Program-made: the position numbers and the translations under genes
Part shown: one piece after another, positions 1 to 11,934 of the stretch
How the letters are laid out: every line of letters begins with the position of its first letter
How positions within the stretch are numbered: position 1 is the stretch's first letter
Origin: Priapulus caudatus
Taxonomy: Eukaryota
Assembly: GCF_000485595.1 (NCBI RefSeq)
Contig: NW_014577061.1
Location: 1,295,801 to 1,343,487 of the forward strand
Length of the DNA stretch: 47,687 bases
Direction of reading: 5' to 3'
The notes under the pieces: generated by a model
The model's database searches: none
Seen by the model: the letters and a program-made list of their open reading frames with translations, nothing else
What the model was told of the DNA's origin: nothing

Positions 1-34
1 CAAACACACACACACACACACACACACAACACAC

Positions 35-98
<64 letters not shown>

Positions 99-164
99 AA
101 CGAGCCAAAAACAATATCCTCCGCTACACTTCGTGCGGAGGATAATGACTATGCACTAAGATAT

Positions 165-468
165 AATCAGCCTGTTCTGGTAGCATCTTTGGCAAATACG
201 ACATACGCATATATATACGCTCTCCTATGACACTATTTGTCATAGGAGGATTCTTCCTATGACAAATATTGTTGTATGTGTTGTGCGCATCATAGGAGTT
301 TAGGAGCGCTATTATGAACGCAAGCAGTGAATTTCAGCTGTAAAAAGGAACGAAGTTGACTCGCCAATATTTGTCATAGGAAGAATCTTCCTACGACAAA
401 TAGTGTCATAGGAGAGCGTATATGCGTATGTCGTATTTGTCATAGATGCAAGCAGAACATGTTGATAT
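165..468. repeat. Inverted repeat / MITE remnant
   Basis: About 165-271 mirrors about 365-468 (CAAATACGACATACGCATATA...CCTATGACAAATATTG). Confidence 0.75.
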
Positions 469-2582
469 AATGATAATGCAGCCGCTCCGGGCACGAGGCC
501 GGAAATCGCGAAGCCCCCTCAACCCCACTCCCGTTACAGTTCCCGGAATCGACACGCTAACTGAGCTGTGTGAGTCGGTAGACGCATGACGCTCACGCGC
601 GGGCGCGGAACTAAACACGCTGTGCGCAGCGCCGCTGTGGATGCACGTACGCAGAAATACAGATCAGACAACTGAGCTACTGGTGGCTGTGAGACCAACA
701 GCGTTGCTGAGATGCAATAGTGAACTCCTGACGAGAGAGAGAGAGACATTGTAACGCGTTTGACTCATGCGTAACGATAGATAAATACACCGGACAGGCT
801 GCGGAAAATTCGTTGCATAACTGTTGTTGTGAAGCAACAAACTCGCGATTCCCAACGCACTTTCCACCGCTGCTCGGTAATTTTTGATATGTGCAGACGA
901 ATATACACGTGCCTGCACACTTTTGTGAAGAGAAAAGTGGCGTCCTTTTTAAACCGTATCAAATCGAGATCAATTACGAATCATGACGCTTCTATCTATT
1001 ATATAAGCACCGTGAATTTGCTTAATGGAAATGGCCAGAATGCCCGTAAATGTACGTAATGGCGACAAAATTACCAATTCCAGCAGGCCCCCTAGTAGCG
1101 GGAGGGGGGGGGCAAGGGGCCAGTTGCGCCAGACCAATGTAAATGATTTTACGTGGTCAATCCCGAAATGCCCACGATCAGCTGTCCAGTATGCAAATCG
1201 CTCGTGAGTTAGCTGCTGCCCTGGCTTCGCGCATTAACACTGGGAGCTATAACAACGGTGACACGATAAACACATCAGGTAAGCCTGAGGGTGCAGGGCA
1301 AGAGAGCCGCCTCGCAGCTCCGCATCACAGCCGCTATGATACGCGCTCGGTGTTAGGGTGGGCGTTTAGGGTGTGCCGGCACATCCACGCACCGATGGTT
1401 GAATCACCCGCATCTCAACACGTTTGTTTGTCGTTATACCGTAAACGTACCTTAAATAAATGGCAATGTTTGACGCAATCTGTCTTCATGGCGACGTACC
1501 CGCGGTGACGCTTCTGATTTGCTGCGACACACATAATTAGAGACCCTGGCAGGGACGTAGATAGCGGGGGGATGGGGGATATATCCCCCCACTTATTGAG
1601 GTGGGGGATGGCGTGTACAATCATCCCCCCTACTTTCAGGAGGAAAATGGGGAACATTTTTATATTTTACATACAATAAATACTGAACATTTATCTACAA
1701 ATCCGTCATCGCTATTCATACTCTCCTAATGTATTATTACACAAATGGAAAGTTACATACATCTACTGTAAAATGTCTGTAACTCATTCTAAGAATGACA
1801 TTATTTTACTGAAACTCAGACGGTTAATTTTGGGCGCATTCCCCATATACGATTTTTTTCAAAATCCCCAAATCACGTCTTATCACTGCTCACGAAAGTT
1901 AAATCCTTGCTTTATTCAAAATTAGAATAGGGATATTGAAGTTGAATATATCAGTTGATATTGAAGTTGATATTGATTGATATTGAATTTGATTTGAATT
2001 GATTTGAATTGAATTTGATTGAATTGATATTGATATTGATTGATATTGATCAAGAAGTTGATATTGAAGTTGAATAGGAAAATTTAGAGTTGGGATATTG
2101 AATTTTCACGGGGATTGAATGGGAAAAATTCAATTTCATCACACTTTTTTGGGGGGGATGGGGGTGCTGAGACCCGACCGGAAGTATATTCCCGATTTTG
2201 TACAAGTGGCGAAAATATGCACTTTTTGGTTCAAATCTGGTTGTTTTTCTCACTTTTTTGTACAGTTTTAGTGTTCTCAGTAAAATATACGTTTTATCAA
2301 AATTTCAGGGGGAGATGATTCCAATGCTGTAGTTGTCAGTGGGGGGTCGGTAGCACACGGGGCGTTCGGCCCCCCACCTAGAATTTTCAGGGCAAGGGTA
2401 TTTTAGCCTAGGTAAATCTGCACTGGTAACCCCATTGAGGACATGTACATAGCACAGATTTAGTAGTAAATATTTTTGGTCTCCCCAAAGATAAAAATAC
2501 TCAACTCAACAATGATATTGTGATGAAGATTGTTTAAGAATGCTGCCTCAGAGTGCAGGAAATTGCATCGAAGAGGTGTTAA

Positions 2583-2613
<31 letters not shown>

Positions 2614-2618
2614 TTAAC

Positions 2619-2663
<45 letters not shown>

Positions 2664-3619
2664 GCCTACCTGCCTATCTGCCTATCTGCCTGTCTGTCTA
2701 TCTGTCTGCCATGCGGCTAGCAGGTTATGCGAGGCGGTGCCATAGCGCACCTATGTTATTTAATCCTACTATAATTCCCACCGAGGCCACAATTATAGAG
2801 GACCACCTGTGCGGCCTATCATTGCGATCACCGAAACCCATAAAGTATCGCTGTCCATTTATTTGGCGGAATTAAAAAGATCTACAGAAAGGATTTCGTA
2901 ACGCTGACAGGAAACGTACGCTTAAGCGGTCGGTCTCGGTGACGCTCCGATTATACGGTTAGAACACGCGGCCGATTATTTCGCACGCGTTTGTAATTTT
3001 CGCCGTCTGTCCTCCATCCAACACGGCGCGCAATTTGTAGGTTTTCTCTAAAACGCTGTCAAGATCACCTGAACCTGTCAAGTGGATCTCCGCGCGTGGC
3101 GGCCAGGCGTGCTAATGTGTTGCCCACTTTGCAAACCGGCTCCATCTTAAGGTTCGAAAGCCATAAATGGTTCCGTTAGCGGGTGGGGGCGTAAGGTAAT
3201 CACTAGCAAACATTGAATTAACTTTTACGAGGAGCGCCCGGTTCGGTAGGGGACGAAGGCGAGTGTTTGAGATAGCGAACGAGAGCTTTGAACGCACCTG
3301 GGCGCAGATGGAGCGCGGAGTGTGACCGAGAGATAGCTGTGACAGCGGGCGCGCAATTTGAATATAATGGTCTACAACTGAGCGAGTAATAACAGCGTAT
3401 TGCATGCAGCAGCGTTCAACTTGAGCGGCCGAGCAGGGAAAAGCTGGCCAGAAATGTGCTTTGTCGTTCTTTGTACGTTTCTCAAAAATTTCGGCGATGA
3501 GTACGGTCTATTGTTACGCTAGTCTCTGCACATCTTGGTATTTGTACCAGTAAGGGATAGATAGAGCGACAGCGGCCGCGCACAAGCAAGCGAGAGAGCG
3601 TCAAGAGCAAGACAGAGAA

Positions 3620-3678
<59 letters not shown>

Positions 3679-4596
3679 NNNNNNNNNNGTCTAGAGTAAC
3701 AATAAAATGTCTTAGAACCTTTTTATTCACCAAAAAGTGCCAATTTCGAACTACTGGTTTTGAACTAGTTTCGTAAACATTCGTTTTCTGTTATCTTGAA
3801 CTAGCTTGTGGCGCCACCGCTTATCTGAAGTAGAAAAAGTACAGGCTCTCGCAAATTACGCACTTGTTTTCAATTACTCACCGACACAAATACAAGTTTA
3901 CCAATTCTGCCATTAGGCATTATCGGCACACGATAAAATTTATTGCTGTTACGATGTGGTCAAATCCATTTGTGTATGCTATAACTGCATAAAATCTTAG
4001 TGTTTTTAATCTTGGTGTAATCAGTGATATTTCCACTGTCAGGTGAGACTATATTCAGCTATATTTAATAGTAAAGTAAAATTAAAGCTTTGGTAGTAAA
4101 TACATTTTGTGTATATTTACCATATTTTTTTATTGAAACGTTCCAAGTGCCTGTGGGACCCAGCAAATGTGTTTTAGCATATGGGTTAAACTAATGCGTG
4201 GTGCGAAGCTAGACTTGGACCGTGACTACATCTTGCACTATCGAGTGCATGTTCATGATGTTGTTTATCAGGTTAATTGTTTGCAAGTTTTATACACAAT
4301 GTAACACATCTAGACCCCGCCCCCCCCCCCTCATGGGTACGGATGCACCGCACCTGCATTCCAAATTTCTCCGGAAAAGGGGCACGTTTTGTCCAGCTAT
4401 CTCCGGCCCGAGAATCCTTTAAAAAGGGTTACATTTAGCAGGTTTATCTGGAGAAACACAGAAAAGGGGGTATTTTATTCAACTGGCCTAGAGATATTTT
4501 TAAGAAGGGGTGTTTAAAACCAGCCCATAAGGAATTGATAATCCAGATGCAAAACTGAGGCTCAAAATGACTTTCGGAAATGATACCGATGGCTTG

Positions 4597-5284
4597 GGTG
4601 ACTGCCCGCTAGTCCAAAGGCCCACTAGTCCGAAGGTTCACTAATCGATCCAAAGGCCCACTAGTCCGAAGGTTCACTAATCGATCCAAAGGCCCACTAG
4701 TCCGAAGGTTCACTAGTCCAAAGGACCACTAGTCCGAAGTCTCACTATAGTCCGAAACACTCACAGTGGATGTAGGGGGAGGTGTGTGGGGGGGGAGGTG
4801 TGTGGATGTGGCGAAATTGTAGACTACGGTGAAACCTCATTATACCACCCCTCGTAATACTGCCAATCTCACTTATCGCCAAGAAAATTCCAATGTACAG
4901 ATAATTTGTATCTATTTGTACGTAATTTAGCCTCGTAATACCGCCCCTCGTTCACCATAAAACAACATAATTCACACAATTTGTACATTTTTGGCTCTAG
5001 AAAATTTTATTTGTTCAGTTTTCTGAAAATACACAGCAGCGTTCTAACCAGTGACAGTGTATGTGCATGGCCATCTGCAGCATGATGTTTATGACATTTA
5101 TCGTTCCACTTTCCTGCAGCCTGCTACCAACCATGACGTGGCGCCATTAATCATCATACAATTTGCTAAATAATATCAGTGAAAATGTTAGTTTTCCATT
5201 GGGACTAGTGAGCCTTTAGACTAGTGAGCCTTCGGACTAGTGAACCTCCGGACCAGTGACCCTTCGGACTGACGAGCTGTAACC
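4597..5284. mobile_element. Non-autonomous Mutator/Foldback-like element with 9-bp TSD and subterminal 17-bp tandem repeats
   Basis: TSD GATGGCTTG at 4588-4596 and 5285-5293; ends GGTGACTGCCCGCTAGTCC / GGACTGACGAGCTGTAACC; CACTAGTCCGAAGG units in opposite orientation at the two ends. Confidence 0.8.
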
Positions 5285-5459
5285 GATGGCTTGGTGCATT
5301 TAAATAAATCCTGAGATAAGGGGGTGTATTCTTGAAAAGACCTGAGATAAGGGAGTGTATTATTGAAGAGTCCAGAGATAGGGGGTGTATTTCTACCGAG
5401 TCTTGAGATAGGGGGTATAAAAAGACACAAAAAGCCCGCGCAAAGGGGGGTAAAAAATA

Positions 5460-5669
5460 CAGAGTGGCTATATGCCCAGCAGCCGGCATATATATCTGAC
5501 GGCTGCCGGGCACGGTCTTTGATTTTCTAAATGCCCGGCAGTTTATAATTTTCAGCGTTATCTCAAGTAAACAAGGGTTAGGGTTAGAGTTAGGGTTAGA
5601 GTTAGGAACTGCCAGGCATTTAGGAAATCGAAGACCGTGCCCGGCTGCCAGGCATATTGCCGTGCAGCG
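5460..5669. mobile_element. MITE with 9-bp TSD and central TTAGGG/TTAGAG repeats
   Basis: TAAAAAATA at 5451-5459 and 5670-5678; inverted arms about 5501-5543 / 5607-5649 flank GGGTTAGGGTTAGAGTTAGGGTTAGAGTTAGG. Confidence 0.7.
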
Positions 5670-5729
5670 TAAAAAATATGGTCCTTCCTGTCCCTGAGAT
5701 AGGAGGTGTTTTTGAAATCAGGGAAAAAG

Positions 5730-6496
5730 CCACAGGCACTCGCGGCTAGCTGGTCGGGGTTCGATAAATAGCAACCACGTTCTGCGCCTACCGTAGCGTG
5801 TATAAGAGTATATATGAGAGAAGGTATGAAACTAAATTTACCGGAAGTTTGCAGGCGACTTAGAACATGTGTCTTTATAGCTAAATTCCAATAAAAACTG
5901 TCACATCACTTACGTATCTCGATCGGGGGAGTCTTATTTATTCCATTGCTGGTTACATTGTGCCATGACGAAGCTGTAGAAGTACAATTTGAAGAAAAAA
6001 TATGTGCGACAAGCGTGAACCTAACCAACTGCGCAACGGAAGTCGAATCTATGCGTTTGAAAAACGCAATCTGATTGGTGTGTTCACACTGGCAGTCTGC
6101 TAACGTGTTTTAAACAAAACGACCATACAGCCATATAAACCCATCGACCAATCAGATTGCGTCCTTCAAAAGCATAGGGTCGACTTCCGTTGCGCAGTTG
6201 GTTAGGTTCACGCTTGTCGCACACATTTTCTCTACAAATTATACTTCTACAGCTTCGTCACGGCACAATGTAACCAGCAATGGAATAAATAAGGCTCCCC
6301 CGATCGAGGTACGTAAGTGATGTGACAGTTTTTATTGGAATTTAGCTACAGAGACACATGTTCTAAGTCGCCTGCAAACTTCCGGTAAATTTAGTTTCAT
6401 ACCTTCTCTCATATATACTCTTATACACACTATGGTAGGCGCAAAACGGGGTTGCTATTTATCGAACCCCGACCAGCCAGTCGCGAGTGCCTGTGG
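5730..6496. mobile_element. Long fold-back element, about 350-bp inverted arms, CACAGGCACT termini
   Basis: 5730-6079 is the near-perfect reverse complement of 6147-6496. Confidence 0.88.
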
Positions 6497-6586
6497 AACA
6501 AGCGTAGCTAGGCATCCACCTAATATGCTTGAGTGGGGGAAGCTGGGATCGAGACTAACGTACATATTGATTTTGTGCAAAGTGTT

Positions 6587-7065
6587 GCTCATAGTCATAG
6601 GGTCTATGTCCCCCAGGGTACTGCCAGAATGTACCCTGGTAACTATCTGATATGGTTAGGGTTAGGGAGTAGGCGTAGGCGACTCCCTAGACTCGTTAGT
6701 GAAGTAGGCGAGGTACGGTCCGGCATATTAGATAGTACCAGGGTAGGCCTACTGGACCACAGGCACTTGAAGCGTTTCATCTGTAAACACACGCCGCCGC
6801 CATTGCTGCTACGCTCACCGACACATAAATATATAGTCCATAAATTACACTATACACTATAGACTATATACACTAAATAACACTATACACTAACACAATA
6901 CACATATACACTATATATTTATGTGTCAGTGAGCGTAGCAGCAATGGCGGCGGCGTGTTTACAGATGAAACGCTTCAAGTGCCTGTGTACCGGACCCGGG
7001 ACCGTAACCAGGGCCAGGGTACCGTACGTTCAGGCAGTAACCTGGGGGACATAGACCCTCTCAGC
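6587..7065. mobile_element. Mutator-like MITE (GGGTCTATGTCCCCCAGG TIR family), copy 1
   Basis: TSD CAAAGTGTT at 6578-6586 and 7066-7074; terminal inverted repeats (TIRs); TTAGGG core; homologous to 16476-16746. Confidence 0.85.
6758..6987. mobile_element. Palindromic MITE with CACAGGCACT termini nested in the previous element
   Basis: CACAGGCACTTGAAGCGTTTCATCTGTAAACAC ... GTGTTTACAGATGAAACGCTTCAAGTGCCTGTG; absent from the sister copy at 16476. Confidence 0.85.
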
Positions 7066-7182
7066 CAAAGTGTTCATATCGCAGCCGTGTAACTCGGTAC
7101 CAGGACAGATAGCACATGTTTACAGGTCACACGTGTTGATTAATAAGAATCTTATTAAGATTGACCTAGCACAAAATCTTAC

Positions 7183-7411
7183 TTTTGAGGGCGTTCATTA
7201 AGTGCAGGAGAGGTTTGTTGATTGTGCTCACGCGATTGTCGTTTTCTATCTCTTTAACACAAAGTATTATAGGCTCGATAGCTTCCACTGTCTGGGCTAG
7301 CTCTGCACGTCTCACTGGCTGTGTATGAAGCTCATTTGCCAGACTGATAACTTTAAAACTTGTGCTAATAATCGATGAAGCCGTTTCACAAACAGCTACG
7401 ATAGTAGCCAT
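7183..7411 (-). CDS. Candidate first coding exon of an unidentified gene; amphipathic helical N-terminus resembling MLKL/RPW8/HeLo-type bundles
   Basis: ATG in CCGCCAAAATGGCT context, 76 non-repetitive codons (MATIVAVCETASSIISTSFKVISLANELHTQPVRRAELAQTVEAIEPIILCVKEIENDNRVSTINKPLLHLMNALK), then donor A|GTAAGA. The domain call is by eye only. Confidence 0.55.
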
Positions 7412-7734
7412 TTTGGCGGAACACTTCAGTCGGGTACAGTTCTCTGTGTCGTATAATATAACGCTGCGTCAAACAACACAGTAAAGACCTTGGACCCATC
7501 TAAGATTAAAGCGAGATAACAAGCCGGACGCGTCTATTTTTACCGTACCGCAAATGCGTAAACATCCTACACGAGTTCCTCTGATTGGCTACTTTTTGCT
7601 TCTACGTTTCTACGTTTTACACGTTTTGCTTTCTATTTGCGAAATTATGGCGAAATGCGATTTGCGAGAATGAGGATGATGATGACAACACACAACAGTC
7701 AAACGCGCAAACCGCGTACAACTGTTGTGTGTTG

Positions 7735-8664
7735 CAGGGGCGTAGCACGGGGCGGTCGCCCCCCTAGAATTTTTAGGGCAAAGGTATTTTAGCCTAGTAG
7801 TAGGTATAGGTAAGTCTGCACTAGTAACCCTAGACTCCTAGTGAGGACATGTACATAGCACAGATTTGGTAATAAGTATTTTAGTTTTTGGTGTCCCCAA
7901 AGGTAAAAATACTCAACTCAACAGTGATGTTATTGTGATGAAGATTGTTTAATAGTGCTGTCTCAATATACTGCAGGAATAGTGCTGGAATATGCAGTGC
8001 AGGATATATAGTCAGTCATAGAATCATAGTCAGTCATGGAATATATAGTGCAGGATATACTGCAGGAATACTGCTTAATAGTGCAGGAAATTGCATCGAA
8101 GAGGTGTTACTTTCAACAAAATCCCCGGACCACCCCCCCCCCACCTTAAACAGAAGGGGGGACACGCCCTGAAGGAGGAAAAATCCTGATATTCTATGAT
8201 AAAGATGTCCAAAATTGATTGCTTTTAGATTGCAACTTTTTAACGATTCCACACAGTGGGAGGGGGACACCCCTCCAACACTCTCCCCCCTCGGGCGCTT
8301 CGTGCCCTTGAGCTCGCATGATTCCCCCCTCTAGAATTCACTTCTGGACCCACCACTGGTTGTGTGTGTGTGGGGGGGGGTGCGTGTTATTAAAAACCGC
8401 TGGGATCAAAAGAAGAAAATATTTTTTTTCAATTCCCTCAAAAACGGCCATCTTGAAGGTTCTAATTTGCTAAAATCCAAGAGCTTTTAATCCAAGCGCC
8501 CTAGGGCGGGCCCCTGGACCCCACCCGCTAGGGGCTTCGATCGCGCCAAGGCGCTCGCGGTGTGCGCTCCTCGCACACACTCTTCGTATACTTTGCGTGG
8601 AAGTAAAGTAACAGCGAAATCATCCTCCCCACAACTGAGGAGTGCCTGCCTACCTACGCCACTG
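7735..8664. mobile_element. Composite repeat with CAGGGGCGTAG...CTACGCCACTG ends; left part shared with about 2350-2580
   Basis: Short TIR-like ends; CTAGAATTTT.AGGGCAA.GGTATTTTAGCCTAG...GAGGACATGTACATAGCACAGATTT occurs at both loci; no clear TSD. Confidence 0.55.
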
Positions 8665-9820
8665 CCTGGCAGTCATTAGAGAACGGCCTTACCTGCTGTC
8701 AAATGCGTATCATTTATATTTAGAATGTCGCATCACCTGTCATATTGGTATTAACTACATTTATTATGTCGTATCACCTGTCCAGCACGTATCAACTACA
8801 TTTAGAGTGCGTGACGCAGATTTCCCAGCGAGATCACGGCTTCGCGCATCACAGCACTAAGCTAAGTAATTAAACAGATCATATAACTGCAGGATCGAAT
8901 CCCCTAGTAGACATTTCCAAAGAGAATAAACAAACACGGCAGCAACATGTTGACTCTCTTTCTCAGCAGGGATAGTAGCGAGCATTCTCTTCCTCCACGA
9001 AAGATAGGTGGTTGGAAATTTGGCCATGAGTACGTATATTTTAATCTTACTGTGCAAACAACCATTAATGAGAAGACACTCATATGCATATAATAAAATA
9101 CGAACTCATAGATTTATGAAGAGCATTCAATATAGCATAAATGTTTATAGCTTTCACAATTTCTATGATATGATACTTAATTTCTTATGATTGCAACTGG
9201 ATAATTTTCGGCAATCTGATTTTTTATCACTCATACATTAATGACATTCCTTAATTTACTAATTTTAAACTATTATTATTGTCGTTATTATGTCGTAATT
9301 ACTCCAAACTATCTGAATATAATGACCTTTCTGTTTCTCTCAACCCCTCTTTCGTTTTCATTTTTACGCCCTCTCTCTCTTTCTCTCTCCCACTTTTTCC
9401 TACCCACGTCTCTCTCATTCTTCCCTCTCTCTCTCCCTCTCTATGTGTGTCTCTACCTAAATCTTTTCTCCCCTCTCACTCTTTCCGCCCGTCCGTCCAT
9501 CCCTCCCTCCATCCCCTCCTCCCCCTCCCTCCCTTTCGGGCTCGTCATTTTTCTACCCACTCTCTCTCCCTCTCTCTAGCTTTCTGCTTTATGACAGTCC
9601 TTTTCATCTTTCATTTTTTTCATTTTTTTTCTTTTTTCTACGTCGCCTTGAAAATGTTCAACACTGTAAACTCTACTACTAGTTTTAACTCACTATATCT
9701 AATATATATATTTGTTATAGTGAGTTAAAAATCATGGGTGAAAAATGACAAATATTCGACAAAATAATGAAAAAAAAATTATGACAAATATATGCCTCAT
9801 CAACATTTGTATCTACCTAA

Positions 9821-10113
<293 letters not shown>

Positions 10114-10723
10114 TAGATATCTATCTTTCTAACTTTTTATTGTTGCTAATTTTGTTAATTTCTCTGAACCACAACCGCCTTGTCTGACCATAATATGGTC
10201 TGACGTTAATAGACACTGCTCAGTGGCGCCCCCTTCAAGGTGTTCCCAGGGCACGTGCAATACCTGCCATACCTTAGCCTTAGCGTTACGCCGCTGCATC
10301 AATAATTATGTATTAATGTCATTTATGTGAAATATATCAAAAATTCTCATTTTTAAATTAGTATTTAATCACGGTGTTAAAATATTATTGATATTCAAGA
10401 TAGCTGGAAGTTTTGCTAGAATTTATCCTTGTTTTACTTTGACCGAATACTTCTGGCGCCACAATCAGGAATGCAGCGTTTGTTTCGCACGTCCATCGGA
10501 ATCTTGTAAGTTATATTATTTCTATATTATGTCTACAGTTGTAGGAGATACAATAACTACTATTGTGGGGTTACATTATTGTATTTACAGGTGTAGCGAC
10601 TTAAATAAACGTGATTAAAGAGGAGAATACTGCATGACAAGTGTTTTTTAATGTAGGTAAGATGTTAATAAAGCGACAGCTTTAGCCTTTAGTTTAGGTA
10701 TTTCTTAGCCACAAGTTCCGGTT

Positions 10724-10953
10724 CAAGGATAGAGAACATGTAGCCCATTCAAACCTATGGCATTTTCTTAAATGTGGGGGTAGCCCCTTTAAACTCAACA
10801 GGGGTACTGGTGAGGGTGTTCTTTGTTCATTTCAACCGCTAAACATGATGTGAGTTAACAGGAAGTGTCGAAAAAAATGCGTTGAAGCGAGCCTACTCGC
10901 CCGTTTTCGGCCGTTTTCGGGCCTTTTATTGGGCTACATGTTCTCTATCCTTG
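10724..10953. mobile_element. MITE with 24-bp perfect TIR
   Basis: CAAGGATAGAGAACATGTAGCCCA ... TGGGCTACATGTTCTCTATCCTTG. Confidence 0.75.
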
Positions 10954-11539
10954 AGCCCAAGTTCCCATCTAGCTTAACACTACGTGGCCGTGTAACTAGT
11001 CGGAGAGCCTGGTCGGTTTAGGTATTTCTTTGATTTTCTATGTACCAGGGCCGTAAATAGTGAAAAGGTTGTCGTGCAAAATGCACGACAAAATTCACAG
11101 GTTTGGTCTGTGGAACTGGAACTTGGAAGGTTATTGGGCCCTAAAATAACATCAGAATATAACACTGTTTAGGGCACAATTTATTGGTCTATACGTATTT
11201 CTGTTGCATTTATAGAATTTACGTAATTAGAATAAGCCCCGCCTTCTTCGTTGATGGGCACAGGGTACTCCCTACGGTGCGCAAACGGGGCGTGCGCGCC
11301 CCGTTTGGGAAGACTCCCCCCTGTTTCAATCGTTGCGCCCCGTTTAAAATACCTCCGCCCCGATTAAATTCCACCACAATAAAAGTTTGCCAGCGCGGGA
11401 ATCGATCGTCAAGAAGTACAATTCGACCAGGATACCCGGCGCGTGTATTTTTACAGTACCACGCATGCACTGCAGACAATACAACAGTCAACCTGTCCCA
11501 CACCCAACCAGTGAAAAAATTAATTTTTTNNNNNNNNNN

Positions 11540-11612
<73 letters not shown>

Positions 11613-11642
11613 GTCTGTCTGTCTATCTATCTATATATCTAT

Positions 11643-11674
<32 letters not shown>

Positions 11675-11823
11675 CTGGGTTTGTCATAATTTTTGTGTGT
11701 CATTATTTTGTCAAATATTTGTCATTATTCACCCTTGATTTCATTATATCACCTATTTAATTACGAAACTTGAGGATCGGAAATTGAATCGAAAAGTCCC
11801 AAGTACTAGGCTCTTTGGCTTAC

Positions 11824-11934
11824 CTTGGCAGGGTCTGTCATGTCCGCATAGCCGCGCTGCTCTGGAGCTTGCCTCCTGTTATCCCCCGTCGGACAGAAAA
11901 ACAGCTCAAGATTCGTGCCAGATGTCACAAACGC
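11824..11934 (-). CDS. CBFB: CBF-beta exon 3
   Basis: AFVTSGTNLELFF...DPAK; TTCCAG / GTAAGC. Confidence 0.93.

Noticed and set aside
1143..1508. 121-aa plus-strand ORF with an internal CAG|GTAAGC donor-like site
   Set aside because: No recognisable homology or partner exons
4611..4757. Short regularly repeated units resembling a CRISPR array
   Set aside because: No unique spacers, no cas genes, eukaryotic context; they are subterminal repeats of a TSD-flanked transposon
11219..11503. Possible CBF-beta exon 4
   Set aside because: No frame I read gives the conserved NGVCV/GWID segment; the sequence looks repeat-like
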